Assembly (NCBI GenBank): GCA_020137815.1
Contig: CM035358.1
Location: 6,324,001-6,388,000, forward strand
DNA: 64,000 nt
Direction: 5' to 3'
From: Hormiphora californensis
Lineage: Eukaryota; Animalia; Ctenophora
The notes under the pieces were generated by a model. It was not told where the DNA came from and did no database searches. It saw only the letters and a list, made by a program, of their open reading frames with translations. Both the position numbers and the translations under genes were made by a program. Position 1 is the first letter of the stretch, and every line of letters starts with the position of its first letter. Below, piece after piece: positions 12,057 through 36,407 of the stretch.

Positions 12057-13486
12057 GGGGGGGGGGCCCGCGTATTAAAATGTCCTTTAATGTCCCTCGA
12101 TTTTTGGGTCATTAAATTGCCCGGGGTAATTTGGGACATTAAAAGACATTTAAGGACATTAAAGGACATTAAAGGACAAGAAATTTTAACTTCCAAAAAC
12201 CATTTCACAATGTGTTACCAAACATTTCTACCGCCAATGTACTGTCTGGCGCCGCGACCCATCTGAGCGCACTGTCGAGAATCAAATTGGGGTCTGGCGC
12301 CGCCAGACAGCCAATGTACTACTAAAGGTCCCATCTTTCGATTCCAATGAATGTTCATAAATGTTCAGTGGTGATTGGGCTTGCTTTTGCGTGGGACGTG
12401 GGTGCGGTACCTTTTTTAAATGTACATATTTCTAGCCTAGACGATATCACAAAATCATCTTATGAAACGAGTAGAGAAGACACCGAAGTCATAAAAGTGA
12501 GAGAGAACAGCTCCGATTTTGATGAAAATTGGTCAGAATAGTGTTTGGTGTCTAAATTTTAGTGCTCAAATCCTAAATTTACGATTTTTAGGTTTTTTTA
12601 GGTTTTTGTTTTTGCTTTTATGGGTTTCAGGAACGTCCTAGAACAAAATGGATAGAACCATCTTTCTCGGCGTGAAATTCTGCATCGATTTTAGTGGCTA
12701 TAAACCTTTCTATGACGTAAGGTTCCGAAGCCATCCCAAAAAATCGCAAACGGGTACATGTTATAGGGGCGGGTACATGTTTTAGGCTAACGGGCAAACC
12801 TCTTGTCAGAATACCATCTTATAGGGTGTCAATCGACGTTTATTGATGAGGAAATCATTTTAGTGAAAACCATTTTGATCTGCGATGTCTGTGTAACGAA
12901 TAAAACCTAAAAAACCTTACCACTATAACTTCTGAACCTTACGTCATAGAAAGGTTTAAAGCGACTATAATCGATGCAGAATTTCACGCAGAGAAAGATG
13001 GTTCTATTCATTCTTTTATAGGACGTTTCCGAAACCCATAAAAGCCAAAAAACCTAAAAAACCTAGAAAAACCTAAATTTAGGATTTGAGCACTTAAAAA
13101 TTTTTTGACTTCTAATTAGACCCCAAAGACCATTCTGACCAAGTTTCATCAAAATCGGGGCTATTTTCACTTTAAAACCTTGACATCCAGTCAAAAACTA
13201 CAAAATTTCCGGGGTTTGTTTAGAGGTACCACGCCACCCTAAAATGAGGCTTAATCACCCCAAACATCTATGGTATTGGTTGGAATCGATAGAGGGGACA
13301 TTAGGGGTAAATATTAAGTGGTTGAAAACACCATTTTAGTTTAATAATAGCTGAAAATTCATGTTTCAATTAAATGTCCTTTAATGTCTTTTAATGTCCT
13401 TTAATGTCCTTTAATGTCCCAGGGACATTAAAGTCGGACGTGTTTATTTAGGACATGGATATTAAATTCACGCGGGCCCCCCCCCC
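12057..13486. mobile_element. Non-autonomous DNA transposon with poly-G termini and long internal inverted repeats
   Basis: Termini G10CCCGCGT / ACGCGGGC10; perfect 8-bp TSD GTCAATAC (12049-12056, 13487-13494); internal arms ~12320-12740 vs ~12900-13310 are inverted. Confidence 0.85.
12242..12310. mobile_element. Micro-MITE (CTGTCTGGCG termini) nested in the poly-G element
   Basis: Inverted termini and 8-bp TSD CCAATGTA on both sides. Confidence 0.8.
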
Positions 13487-13943
13487 GTCAATACCCATGG
13501 CGGAATAGTCCGTAAGTTAGAGCAGCGTTTTCTCCGTATTTTTTAAGAACGATAAATATATTCTTAATGCATCCCTTTTAGAGATCAGAGACGCTAATGG
13601 ATGCAAGGAGACAGATTTGTAGAGAGAATTTTAGATGGGAGAAGGAGAGAACCAATATAATTGAAGTTGAAAGAAGTTGAAATGGATTGAAATATTTATC
13701 ACGTGACATTTTAAAAAGCGTTCGTCAACCTCAAAAAATGTAAAACGTCATGAGAGTTAAGAGTATTGTGCTTGAAATGTATATTGGAAAGAGACTAAAA
13801 AAGATACCCGAGTGCAAATAATTATCGCCCTTTTTTGATCGACATGGTAGCGGTGGAGCCAGGGAGTCGAGGGTAATGGGTCGTCGATATGCAACTATCC
13901 TCTTTGAATATATCCCCTACCTTTCTCTATATGCTTTCTCTCA

Positions 13944-14062
<119 letters not shown>

Positions 14063-14156
14063 TCGGTGTTTCTTTTGCTTTGTTGTTTGTCTGTTTACAA
14101 TCAAAGTATAGTGCTTGTTACACGCAGCACTTTAGGGGAGTGTGTCCGAGAGAATG

Positions 14157-14227
<71 letters not shown>

Positions 14228-16036
14228 ATAGAGAATGACTGCTAGATGATTTGTGTGTCTCGATGTGTAACAAATTCTCGACACTCACTCATGATGCATC
14301 TTACCATTCTAACTTTTCATGACATCCCGTCTCAGTTGACACCGCTTACACTTTCTATCTTTTAGAGTCTATTTCTCATCTCTCTATTTCTCGTTTAAAG
14401 TCTCTCTATTTCTCGAATCTCGTCTCTCTATTTCTCGTTTAGAGTCTCTCTATTTCTCCAAGGACGTGTTATAGGACCACGAATAGTACCGCATATATAT
14501 CTACTGAGTGTTATACACACACTAAAAGGTCGAATTTAATGTCCAGCAGCTATTTCGAACCATTTGCTAAGCTACGGTTAATGATCCTAAAAAATGTTCA
14601 AACTGCCGAACGGAGATGGAGAGAGTTAGCGTGTCTGTGCCTCAATAGAGTCCTCCTATACTTGTCTGTAACGCGCGGAGTCTCTCTTGTGACGAAATTA
14701 TGGCACTGGTCATGTGGTCATGCTGCGCGCGGGGTATATTCGCGCCGCAACTCCCTCTCTTCCCTCGCGCCGCTCTCGCAACAGGAAATAGGCCACATGT
14801 TGGCGGTATATTGTCTCTCTGGAGCACACATAAATACATGGAACTAAAATGCAGGGACAGTTGCTGTCAGAGTCCTTACTATGGAGACTGTCTATGATTT
14901 TGGAAGTTGTTACACCCAAATATGGGATGATTAGACCTACCACCGCCGCAGCTGTGCCTCTCTCCAGTCACTAGTCAATGTGACCACGTGACCAGGCAAT
15001 ACTGATGTGCATGTGTGTATGATGGAGAGAAAGGAGGGTAATTCGATCCTTTTGCTGCAGCACGGATCATTCCGTAATAATAAAACTAGGACCCCAGCGA
15101 TCGACATATTTTATCTCATCTTCTCTCTCTATCTCCCTCTCTATCTCTCTCTCTATCTCGATCACTGTCTTTCTCTCCGAATCTTTCCAGTATTTTCTCT
15201 CTCTCTATGCCCTTTTTATGCGGGTCCTTAGTGGATGAGAGTGTGTGTGGGGCAAGCTGCCCTTAGGAGGCGAGAGATAGAGAGATAGCGAAAGAGAAAG
15301 AGAGAAAAAAAGAGAGAAAGAGAGATACACCATTCCTCTTGTAATTAAGACTTGTCATTGGTCTTTCACCACAGTTTAGTACACGGCTCGCTCTCCCAGA
15401 GAAATCTAAAGTTGACCTCTTTTAGTTTTGTTCCAGTCTCTTGTAGTTGACATGTTCACGTTACTTGCTATAAATCATAATAATACCAGAACGTTACTTG
15501 CAATTATAAATCATAATAATACCAGAATTTGCAATTATGAATACTAGCCAAGCTGGGTAGTCAGTTTTCCTATAACAATGGGGAGACCACATCCTCTCTC
15601 TGTTTCCCTTTAGCATTCTCTCTCTGTCTATCTTCCTCTCTCTCCTTGGCCCTTCCATTCCATTCAATCCATCTCTCCATCCAATGATCAGTTACCCTCC
15701 CGCCACATAAAGCGCACGGACACAACAAGAATAGGAGTGTGTGAGATGGAGAGAGTGAGAGAGATAGAGAATGAGGGAGTGAGAGAGAGAAAGAGTCCCC
15801 CTTCATAAATGATGGTGAATAAAATGATAGAAATATGCGACCTACTGACTCCCCTCTCTCCTCACAGCTTTCACCACTCACCCCCTCTATCTCTTTCTCT
15901 CTAATAATTCCAGTCAAACTATGTGCATTCTGTTGAGAGGTGTATTATTATTGAGAACATGTCACCAATAGAAACACTTTTACGCCGGCTTTCAAAACTG
16001 AGATAGATAGAGAGAGAGAGAGAGGGAAAGAGAGAT

Positions 16037-16083
<47 letters not shown>

Positions 16084-16846
16084 GAGAGAGGGAAAGAGAT
16101 AAAGAATGAGTGAGAAGGAGAGAAAGAGCGATAAACGAGTTGTTTTATGGTACCAACCTGATTCAGAATTCCTCTCTGATTCCTCTTTCGGTAGTTGACC
16201 GTCAGTTCGAGGCATTTATCTAAGCACTGGTCGTTCGTCTGAATATGTCGAGTTTTAGTTTCGAGTATTATGCCGTAGCAGTGCCCTGTATATCTCACAT
16301 GCCATGGTCATGTGACCTGTCATGTGACCCTTAAAGTGTTGACACACTCGGGATGGAGTGTGTGTTACATAAAGGGGCTTCACCTACACACCCTCTCTCT
16401 CTCTCTGTCTCTCTCTATCTCTCTCCTCTCTCTCATCCTTCTCTCTCCATTCTCCAAGGTCTTTTATGCCTCCCGCTCAGTCTGCGTCTAATACCCAGTG
16501 CTAACTCCCTTCTTTTCATAAAGTTTCAGAGAGTTCCTAGCTTTGCCTCATGATTGTATAATAATAGCGGAAAGTTTCAGAGCTTTCAACCATGCTCTGA
16601 TTGAGAGAGGGAGAAAGAAAGATAGATAGAGAGACTGAGAGGGGGAAGGATACGTTTAGACGGTCTTTAGGATTTTTTAGAGAACACACCCACAAAGGAC
16701 AAATACAGAGCCTGCATTGTGATTCTTTAATCCCAAACGCATTTTGTCATAAATGCTGGATATACTTTCCTAGCCTCTCTCTTCCTCGTCTCCCTCTCTC
16801 TGTCTTTCTCTATCTCTCCCATATCTCTCTCTCTCTCTCTCTCTCT

Positions 16847-16987
<141 letters not shown>

Positions 16988-17045
16988 TATCTCTCACTCT
17001 ATCTCTCTCTCTCTCTCTCTTTCTCTCCCTCTCTCTCTCTCTATC

Positions 17046-17114
<69 letters not shown>

Positions 17115-17127
17115 CTCTCTCTCTCCC

Positions 17128-17187
<60 letters not shown>

Positions 17188-17220
17188 CTATCTCTATTCT
17201 CTCTCCCTCCTATCAGTGAT

Positions 17221-27263
<10,043 letters not shown>

Positions 27264-29102
27264 CACCCCAAAGGACCCCAATCCCAACTCCCCAATTCGT
27301 CCTTGTGCAGGATGCAGTTAGCAGGGCCGGCCCCAACGGAGATATAACGCGTGAAAAAACATAACGCGTGATATGTGACACGCGGAGTGTTTGACACATG
27401 TTTCAAGCCCCATTTGATACATTGGACTGAGAAAGAGGTGGGCTGAGAAACATGTGAAAATTTGGAGATAAACAAAATTTATTGTGGACTGAAAAGTAGT
27501 TAGTATTGGTGCAATATTATCATACCCTGAAATATTGCCAATTGTGCTCTCTGTGGTCCCCTATTGACACTGGTTCCCTGCCCTCAGGGTGTTGTTATTG
27601 TTGTCATAGGAGCACAAAAATGAATTATAGTTCGAGTTGTTAATTGTGCGAATATATTTTAGGTATGGAAGTGGACCCTTAAGTTTTATCTCTCGTTTAT
27701 TTTTTGAAATGTGGACGATTTTGTAAATTTGTAAATGCGTTGGAGAAGTACCACCAAGATATATATTTGAGTCCCGATACCGTTGAATTAGGGTCCCAAA
27801 AGGAGGACGTTGAAGGGCTTTTTAGATAATAGAGAGATATGTTTCAGCAGGTTTATGTGTGTCAGGGGTTGCTATGGTAACCACTAACCATGCTATGGTA
27901 ACCATGACAGGGGTTGCTATGGTAACCACTAACAGTAACTATGGTAACCAACCCTTCACACACCTGTGTGCCACAATTGAGGCTGCCGTGTGGCCGACAG
28001 AGAGTGGTATAATGAGTTTCACCAACTGAACCAGTAACCATGGTATTCATAGTTAGCATATCTTACAAAACTCACAATATTTGATGTACATTGTTAACCA
28101 AACACTGTTCTGGCGGCTAGGCTCAATCCGTTTTGATTGGCGCCGCCAGACAGCGCCGAACACTGATTGTGCGTTTTGTAAGTTCCACCGCTACCTGTGA
28201 ATGCTATGGATTTGTGCGAAACTATTTCAAGTACTATATGTAGTATATATAGCGGCACTGCCAATGTCGTTTAAAGCCGTTTAATTTTGGTTAAAGTATG
28301 TATTGATGCTTTACTGTGTTGTGCACTATTAAAAGTTGTATTATTTACTAGAGAGAGAGAGAGATGGAGAGAACCTAAAACTAAAACGCCTATATGGACA
28401 GATTTTGTTTTATCGTGTTTATGTATTTAGGGTAACTCAATATAACTAACAACACCACCACCACACGTCTCTTACCCCCCCCCCCCCCCCCCCCGAATAT
28501 AATAATATGTTCAGAATTTGAATTATATAATTGCTATCCCCCCGTAATTAATATATACACCGACCCCGGTTAATTAATAATTTAGTTCCCCAAATCCCCG
28601 CCCGAAATATGTTATAATGTTTGCAGTGAAGATGATTTTGTTCAATATATATCCCCCAATGAATTATGTAATTGAGACGAAGCGTGTACTATTTTCAAGG
28701 TGTTATTTGATGTTAGCTTATTTTGTTGGTTTTTCAATAATTTACCGCTAGATAACGTGGTTTTAGTTGTATCATGGTGATTAAACGGTAGAACGATAAA
28801 TAGTGGCTTGAAGTACTGTCTCACAAAAGACTGTCCTCTCCGAGCCAGACTGAAGGGAGTGGGATGTTACAGTCCTGTAGTATCCAAAACAAGGGCTAGG
28901 TGATGCCCTTGTACAATGAACCCTATTCAGTACAATGAACCCTATTCAGTACTTGATGTAGATCGAGATACATCATCATCATTGCTCGACCTGGTAAACT
29001 AAAAAGGTTGACGAACTTTTGCACCTCACACTTTTAGGTGCAACTGTTCTACCTGACAGCTCTTTTGTTTGAGGGTCAGAGAGAGTCGATCAAGGCAACC
29101 AG

Positions 29103-29161
29103 CTGTCTGGCGGCGCCAGACCCCAATTTGATTCTCTCAGATGAGTCGCGGCGCCAGACAG
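29103..29161. mobile_element. 59-bp micro-MITE (CTGTCTGGCG termini)
   Basis: Inverted termini and perfect 8-bp TSD GCAACCAG. Confidence 0.8.
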
Positions 29162-29565
29162 GCAACCAGGTAGGTTGTATCGTTGACCCTTACCAGCGCC
29201 GGTATGCGCGCCGCAACCCCTGTGCGCGCCGATACCTCTACCACTGTGTCACCGCGCCCTCCAACAATGTCACTTCATCTTGGGCAATGGACCCGAAATC
29301 CCGAACACGAAATGATTTTCGGTTTTCAAGTTGAATTGAGTTGGAATTTAGGTAGTTTAGACGAAGCCTGAAACACATTCATTTTCACATAGTGAGAGGT
29401 ACTCCGAGAAGGTTCAGATATTACACAATACATCTGACAAATACACACACAGATATAGTTGACATGTTCCCAGTCTGTCGGCCCTTACACCGGGCTGAGG
29501 CGCTTAACTCGACGAATGTACAGACTGCGTAGCATGGCAAAGATAGATACTGATGACACAAATTG

Positions 29566-29692
29566 TTATTGTTCGCTTAGTGACAGTGCAATGATTCGTT
29601 CTAACTCCGCGTCTTCTTCCTCTCTCAAACGTTCCAACCGACGTTGCTCTTCCTGTGATAGAGGGAGTGGTTATAATGCTATATTCTGAGAT

Positions 29693-29763
<71 letters not shown>

Positions 29764-31162
29764 GAGAGAGAGAGAGAGGGAGATATGGAGATCGTGTGAA
29801 ATAATAACAAGGCAGTGTGAGATGATGACAAAAGAAAAATGCAGAGAATAAAGTCTAAAGTTGCGATTTACAATTCATTGTGAATTGAATCTCTCTCTGC
29901 AAAGGAGGGACTGCATACATCTGATATATCCCTCTCACGATATTTTCGAATTGTGCAAATTTACACAACATATAACAGTGTTACCTCAAGTGAAAGGCGG
30001 ACAGCCCGTTCTATCTCTGTTTCCTCTCTGGCGGGTCTCATTTCAGACAGTGCTTCTGCCCATGTAACCTGAACCGAAATTGAACAGATTTTATTATCTA
30101 GGGGGAAGGGGATGGGCACCGCACGTGGGAATGAATACAATAATTTATACATTTGAAAAGTTACACACCACACGCGGAATGGGGCATCACAATAGTTTTA
30201 CAATTGCTAAATCACCTCTTCTTCATTCCCCTCATCCCCAGCAGTAGCTCCATTCAGTAGACTGTTCTGGAGTGCCATTTGTAACATCTCTTCCTCACTC
30301 TGATACATCCTGTGTTCCCGACCCGTTCTCTCACCTCCTGACAGAGAGAGAACTATATGAGGTCACGGAAAGAGTGATAGAGGGAGACAGTCAGATAGAG
30401 AGAGAGAGAACTATTAGATCACCATGAACCGAACTGGTAGTAAATCGGGATTACGTCAACCGAAAAATGGTTCTTGAGATGTATTCGGTAGAAGACAGAG
30501 TATTGTATACATTGTAATGTTGTAAGAAAACAATACATTATACCGTATAGTCGGACCCCGATTCACCGGGAGGCGGGATGCGTGGGGTTTTGCCCGGTAA
30601 ATAGGGGGGGGGGGGTAAATCGGGGTCCTTTTTTCTTTTTTTTTGGATCATCCCCGTGCTAACATTTGTCACTCCCTGTTACACACCATGTATCCTGGCC
30701 ATGTATGTGCCACGGTTTGACAGATGTTATTTTCACAGCCACCTGTTTGACCCCGGTAGTGATGGCCGGAATACTGCCTTTAGGTACCCGATCACTGGTA
30801 CTCTGCCTAATCATGCTGGCCATTACCTGTCTGGCGGTGTCGACCCGCTTTGAGTGTCAAAACCCAGGCCTTGCTCCGCCCTACAGGCAGTTACAGTATA
30901 TAATCAACCAGGCTTGTGGGCATAGCGTTTGACGGTACAACCTTAATGCACTTTGCAGCACAGATGAGTATAGTTTGGGGATGAGGCTGGCAAGGACAAT
31001 GTTCGTGATGCTGCGTTATCGGTCATGAGTGTCAAGGAGTGAGCGCCGTATGCTGTTCATGATTGTATTTTGTGTTCATGCATCGTGGTATTAGGCTCAG
31101 GGGATAGGGAAAGAAAAACACAAGAAGAAGAGAGAGAGAAGAGATCGAGAGAGAGAGAGGAA

Positions 31163-31197
<35 letters not shown>

Positions 31198-34100
31198 GAG
31201 AGATTCGAGGGAAGAGAGTTAGAGAGCTGGCTCCTATAACGTACTTTTTCGTCTGTTGATAGCGAGAAGAGGGAAAAAGGCCAACGGGCGGAAGGGGGAG
31301 GGAGGTATTATTTAGAAGAAGGGTTAACAGAGCCGACCAATGAAAACTGGAGACCTACAGCGGAAAACCTTACCATCCCCCACCCAACCCAACAGAACAC
31401 CCAAAACCCAAGGAGTAGCCTAATTAGGCAGAAGTAGCCCCCAAAGCCCTCCATTCTCCAACCGATCTAGTGAGGCCAGGGAAGGAATCATTGGTCGACT
31501 CTACACGCAAGGAAGGCAAGACTTGGTTAGCAAGCAGATGTAATGTATGAAGGTGCGTGCTGGATAACTAAGTATGTACTTATGAGGTGACTGCATGGTA
31601 TGATAACTTTTTATGGATGGACCATACTACAGGATATCGTCTCCCATAATATGGCCCACCCGAGAAAGATAATAACTCCAATTAACCCAATCCCACACAC
31701 CAGATATCCCCCCCCCCCCCGTTGTGATCGTGAGATAGGTCCTACTGCATGTAATCTGTATGCACATTGTACCTGTCCGAATGTAGTGTGAAGGAGGGGT
31801 GAATATGTGGGCATCGACAACACAAGTAGTAGGGTCCCTCTCACTCTCTCCCTCTAGACACATGACACCCTCAACGGGCTGGGAGGCTGAGTTAATGTTG
31901 GAGAATGTTACCCTGCGGTGGGGAGAGAGGGGGTTAGGTTGTCTCATATAAGACCGTCCTCTTTGCACCAGGCCGAAGGCCCGGTGCGGCTACGTGAGGC
32001 CGCGTAGGTTGCGCGATGTACATTGTACAGTCAGTGTCTGACAAGGGTTAGGAGAGTGTTACTCTGGTAGGGGAGAGAGAGGGGGTTAGGAGAGGGTGAG
32101 AGAGTTAGGGGAGAGGGGGTTAGGAGAATGTTACTCTGTAGTTGGGGAGAGAGAGGGGGTTAGGAGAGGGTATATAATAGTTGGGTCACTTGGGGATTAG
32201 AAAACATTACATAATCTAGTGCATGTCTGAATAGTATAATAAAGGGATGTGAACTACAATTATAATACTAAAGATATCTTAGAGGAAAGACAATGACCAA
32301 TGTATAATTAATCAACAGTGTGGGTAACACAAAAAAACACGCCTAAATGGATTACACACATTTCTCAAAAATGGAGGAAGTAATAAACACAGACTGACAA
32401 ACATACAGAATGATATATGCCCATATATGGTATTGGCACTTGGCAGATCAGTCTGACAGTTTAGAGCTCTTTCCGAGCTGTAGCAAGCACTTTTCACTAT
32501 CAGAACTCTCTCTCTTAAAACTCACTGAGGAATCAATCTAGAGTCTCATTCAGCTAGCTACTACACGATAGGTCAACCAGGCACCGATCTCACCTGCTCT
32601 CTCCTAGTTAAAGTAACGATCTCACTTGCTCTCTCCTAGTTAAAGTAACGATCTCACTTGCTCTCTCCTAGTTAAAGTAACGATCTCACTTGCTCTCTCC
32701 TAGTTAAAGTAACGATCTCACTTGCTCTCTCCTAGTTAAAGTAACGTTCTCACCTGCTCTCTCTTAGCCAAAGTAACGTTCTCACCTGCTCTCTCCTAGT
32801 TAAAGTAACGTGCTCACCTGCTCTCTCCTAGTTAAAGTAACGTTCTCACTTGTTCTCTCCTAGTTAAAGTAACAATCTCACTTGCTCTCTCCTAGTTAAA
32901 GTAACAATCTCACCTGGCATTTATCATGTGGTAGAGAGGTATTTCAATGTTTACAGGGAATCCGGCTGGTAGTTGGAGTGTAATGAAATCCCGCAACTTA
33001 GAAAAGTGAGTGTTGTTGGTGCTCATCAGCTCTACAATCGGCAACAATTGCTCCTGACACGTGGGATAATTAGTTAATTGATTAATTGATTAATTAATTG
33101 ACTAGCTAATTAGTTAATTGACTGGCGAATTCCATAGTTAATTCATTAACTATCAAGGGTTCTGATGGACACATACCTGTAAAGAAAGAGGATGATTTTC
33201 TGTCAACCAAACCCGAGCTTTGAACTTCTGGCACTTGTCCGATTGTAGTTTTTGGCGTCGCCTCAAGGGTTCGATATAACCCCGGTTAAAGTAATTAATT
33301 ATCTTCTCCTCTCTGGTGAGTGTCGCCTCATCTTCTAAATCCTGTTTGGGGAGATTAAAAACCCTGGGTTGTTACCAAATCACTTGTACACATGTGTTAC
33401 AAACAAACAAACAAACAAACAAACAAACAAACAATCAAACAAACAAACAAACAAATAAACAAACAAACAAACAAACAAACAAACAAACAAACAAACAAAC
33501 AAACAAACAAACAAACAAACAAACAAACAAACAAACAAACAAACAAACAAACCCACAAAACTAACGTCAGTAGGGGGTGCAGGGACAGCAGCTCCTGATA
33601 CTAGACTCTCCAGCAGACTCGTCTTCTCAGCTAACTCGAACCTCTGATCTTCTGTAAGGTGCTCCACCCGAGCCCTACTAATGACCTCTATCCCACTAGT
33701 ACTGTACACCGAGCATTCGTATCCTGACAGGAGGAGATTGAGGGGGGATTTAGGAGCGGAGTTAGGAGAGTGGGTGGAGTTTTGGATGGAGTTGGGATTA
33801 TCTACGGAGGTGAGTGGGATTTAGGAAGTGGAAGTGGGTGGGTTTTTGGGTGATTAGGAGTGGAGTTGGGGTGGAGTTTGGGGGAATTAGGAGGGGTGTT
33901 GGGGTGGAGTTTGGGGGATTTGGAGTGGTTAGTTTGGGGTGTGCATTTTGGACTTGGGGGGGTTCTGAGAACGTCATCAATGTTGCACTATTCTGGGTGT
34001 CATTTTGGGGGAAATCATTGGGGCACTTACCTGAAACATTCTCCACACGATCCGTTCTAAAGCCTATTAGACCTAGGGTGCGAAAATGGGTTAGAGTAGG

Positions 34101-36099
34101 CAGAGTGGGAGAGTGAGAGAGGAGAGAGAGAGAGAGAGAGAGAGTGAGAGAGAGAGAGAGAGGGAAGGGTGGGGCACGTCGCGAGAAAACGCTTGTGTAT
34201 GAAAATGCAAGCAAGAGAGTGCAAGATTGGGCACATATTTCCCCACCCCTAACACCAACAACATGTTTAAGTCCCCACCCCTAACAACACCTTACACCAA
34301 CCTGCCTTTTCCCTCCAAAACTCCACATCATCAGTTTTGATCCGGGTAGTTGTGAGTGCGGAGGAGAGACGACTAGAGAGGGAATCCAAACCAAAGGAGT
34401 CTGTTTCAGGGTGTGTAACGTCAACACAATGTAACGATATAGTGCCCTCTTCGTGGTTTATCTCGTAAAAACCTCGAAACCCTTGTTGAAAGGGGTTAAT
34501 GGGGATAGAAATAGAGAGAAAAAGGAGAGAGAGAGAGAGGAGGAGAGAGGGGGAGAGAGGGGGAGAGAGAGAGGAGAGAGAGGGGAGAGGGAAGAAGAGA
34601 AAGAGAGAGAGAGGAGAGAGTAGAGATTGGGTGTATTTAACCTTGGAAAATACATTTTTTATTTTCCCCTCTTTTTAAAAGTTTTGTTTTTTTTAAGGGG
34701 TTTTACGCAAAGAAACCCTTAAACCTTTGGTTATTTTTGAATTTTTGGGATCCATAAACAGTTCTCTAACCACTCTCCAAGAGACTCTGATTTTCACATG
34801 TACTAGAGACAGGTTAGGTACCCACAACGGAATTCTGGACAAATGAAACAGCGATGTTTTGAAATGAATGTTAAAATAAAATCACACGGTAGTATAACTC
34901 CTTCGTATCAAGCAATGTATTAGCGCTAATTAACGTTAATTACCTAATGACGATAAAGACCAAATGCAAAAGACAACTAAATACGGAATGACAAAATCAC
35001 ACTACACTACTCACTGTTCAACAACTAAAGCCTTGTTAGTGCAATTCATACACCGGGGGTATTGAACCAGCATAACATACCCGGTGACTGAATTGCACGT
35101 ATGAAGCGAAGGAGAAAGGAAAGAGAGAGCCCAAAAGAAACTAAAATCAGACATCACACACTGAACAAACTAAAGCCTACAAGTCAGTCACCGGGGGCAA
35201 AGCCAACAAACACAACAACCCCCGCAAGTAAACCGAAGTTACTGCGGGTCGTTGCAGGCCCAGTGACTGACTTGCATTGTGAAGTTGGGGGACCCTAGGA
35301 AGAAACACACTGAGCTCACTAACACTGATAAAAATTAACGTTAATTAGCGCTAATTGCTCGATACGAAGGAGTTATACTACCTGAAAAAATAAAATCTTC
35401 TTTTAAAATCCGTCGATTTCCTCTATAAAATCCAGCCATTCTTGCCTGGTCCACAGGCCCTTGGCCCAGTCGGCACGCGGCCGGCTATTCATATTGTTGC
35501 GAACGGGGGCCGGGGAGTCCTCTCCGGGTGTGGCCTCGATGGCCTCCGTTGCTCCCTTAGCCAGTGCCAGTGATGGCTGTTCAATTGGGGCGTCCCCCTC
35601 CTCGGCAGGTACTGGCTCTTCAAATGGGGCGTCCCCCTCCTCGGCCAGTGATGGCTCTTCAACTGGGGCGTCCCCCTCCTCGACTGGTGATGGCTCTTCA
35701 ACTGGGGCGTCCCCCTCCTCGGCCAGTGATGGCTCTTCAACTGGGGCGTCCCCCTCCTCGACTGGTGATGGCTCTTCAACTGGGGCGTCCCCCTCCTCGG
35801 CTGCAGATGGTGGGCCCTCTTGTTGGAAATATCTTTTCCACATCAGGCCAAGGGCAGCGCCCGCCGCGGCGGACGCCCCGATAAGCATGATAGACTTGTA
35901 CGCATCAGAGTTAAACATGATGAAATGAAGATGGGGTCCACTGAATAAATGTACCACTCCCCTTTTATACCTCCCCTCCAAACGGTACTTTGCACGTGCA
36001 AATTGTCCTGGTTACCTAGCGCCCCAGAACAGCTACCCTATAACAGGGCCCTGACATACTTGTACTCTTTGAAGGGCTGTGGGCTGCTCTATGTAAGAT

Positions 36100-36176
<77 letters not shown>

Positions 36177-36217
36177 GGAGAGAGAGAGAGATGGAGAGGA
36201 AGAGAGAGAGAGAGAGA

Positions 36218-36278
<61 letters not shown>

Positions 36279-36300
36279 GGAGAGAGAGATGGAGAGAGAG

Positions 36301-36338
<38 letters not shown>

Positions 36339-36368
36339 AGAGAGAGAGACAGAGAGATGGTATCATAG

Positions 36369-36407
<39 letters not shown>

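Noticed and set aside
30640-31090. Coding-like stretch in an ANKRD13 intron
   Set aside because: The longest ORFs are under 90 aa with no recognisable domain; probably a decayed TE
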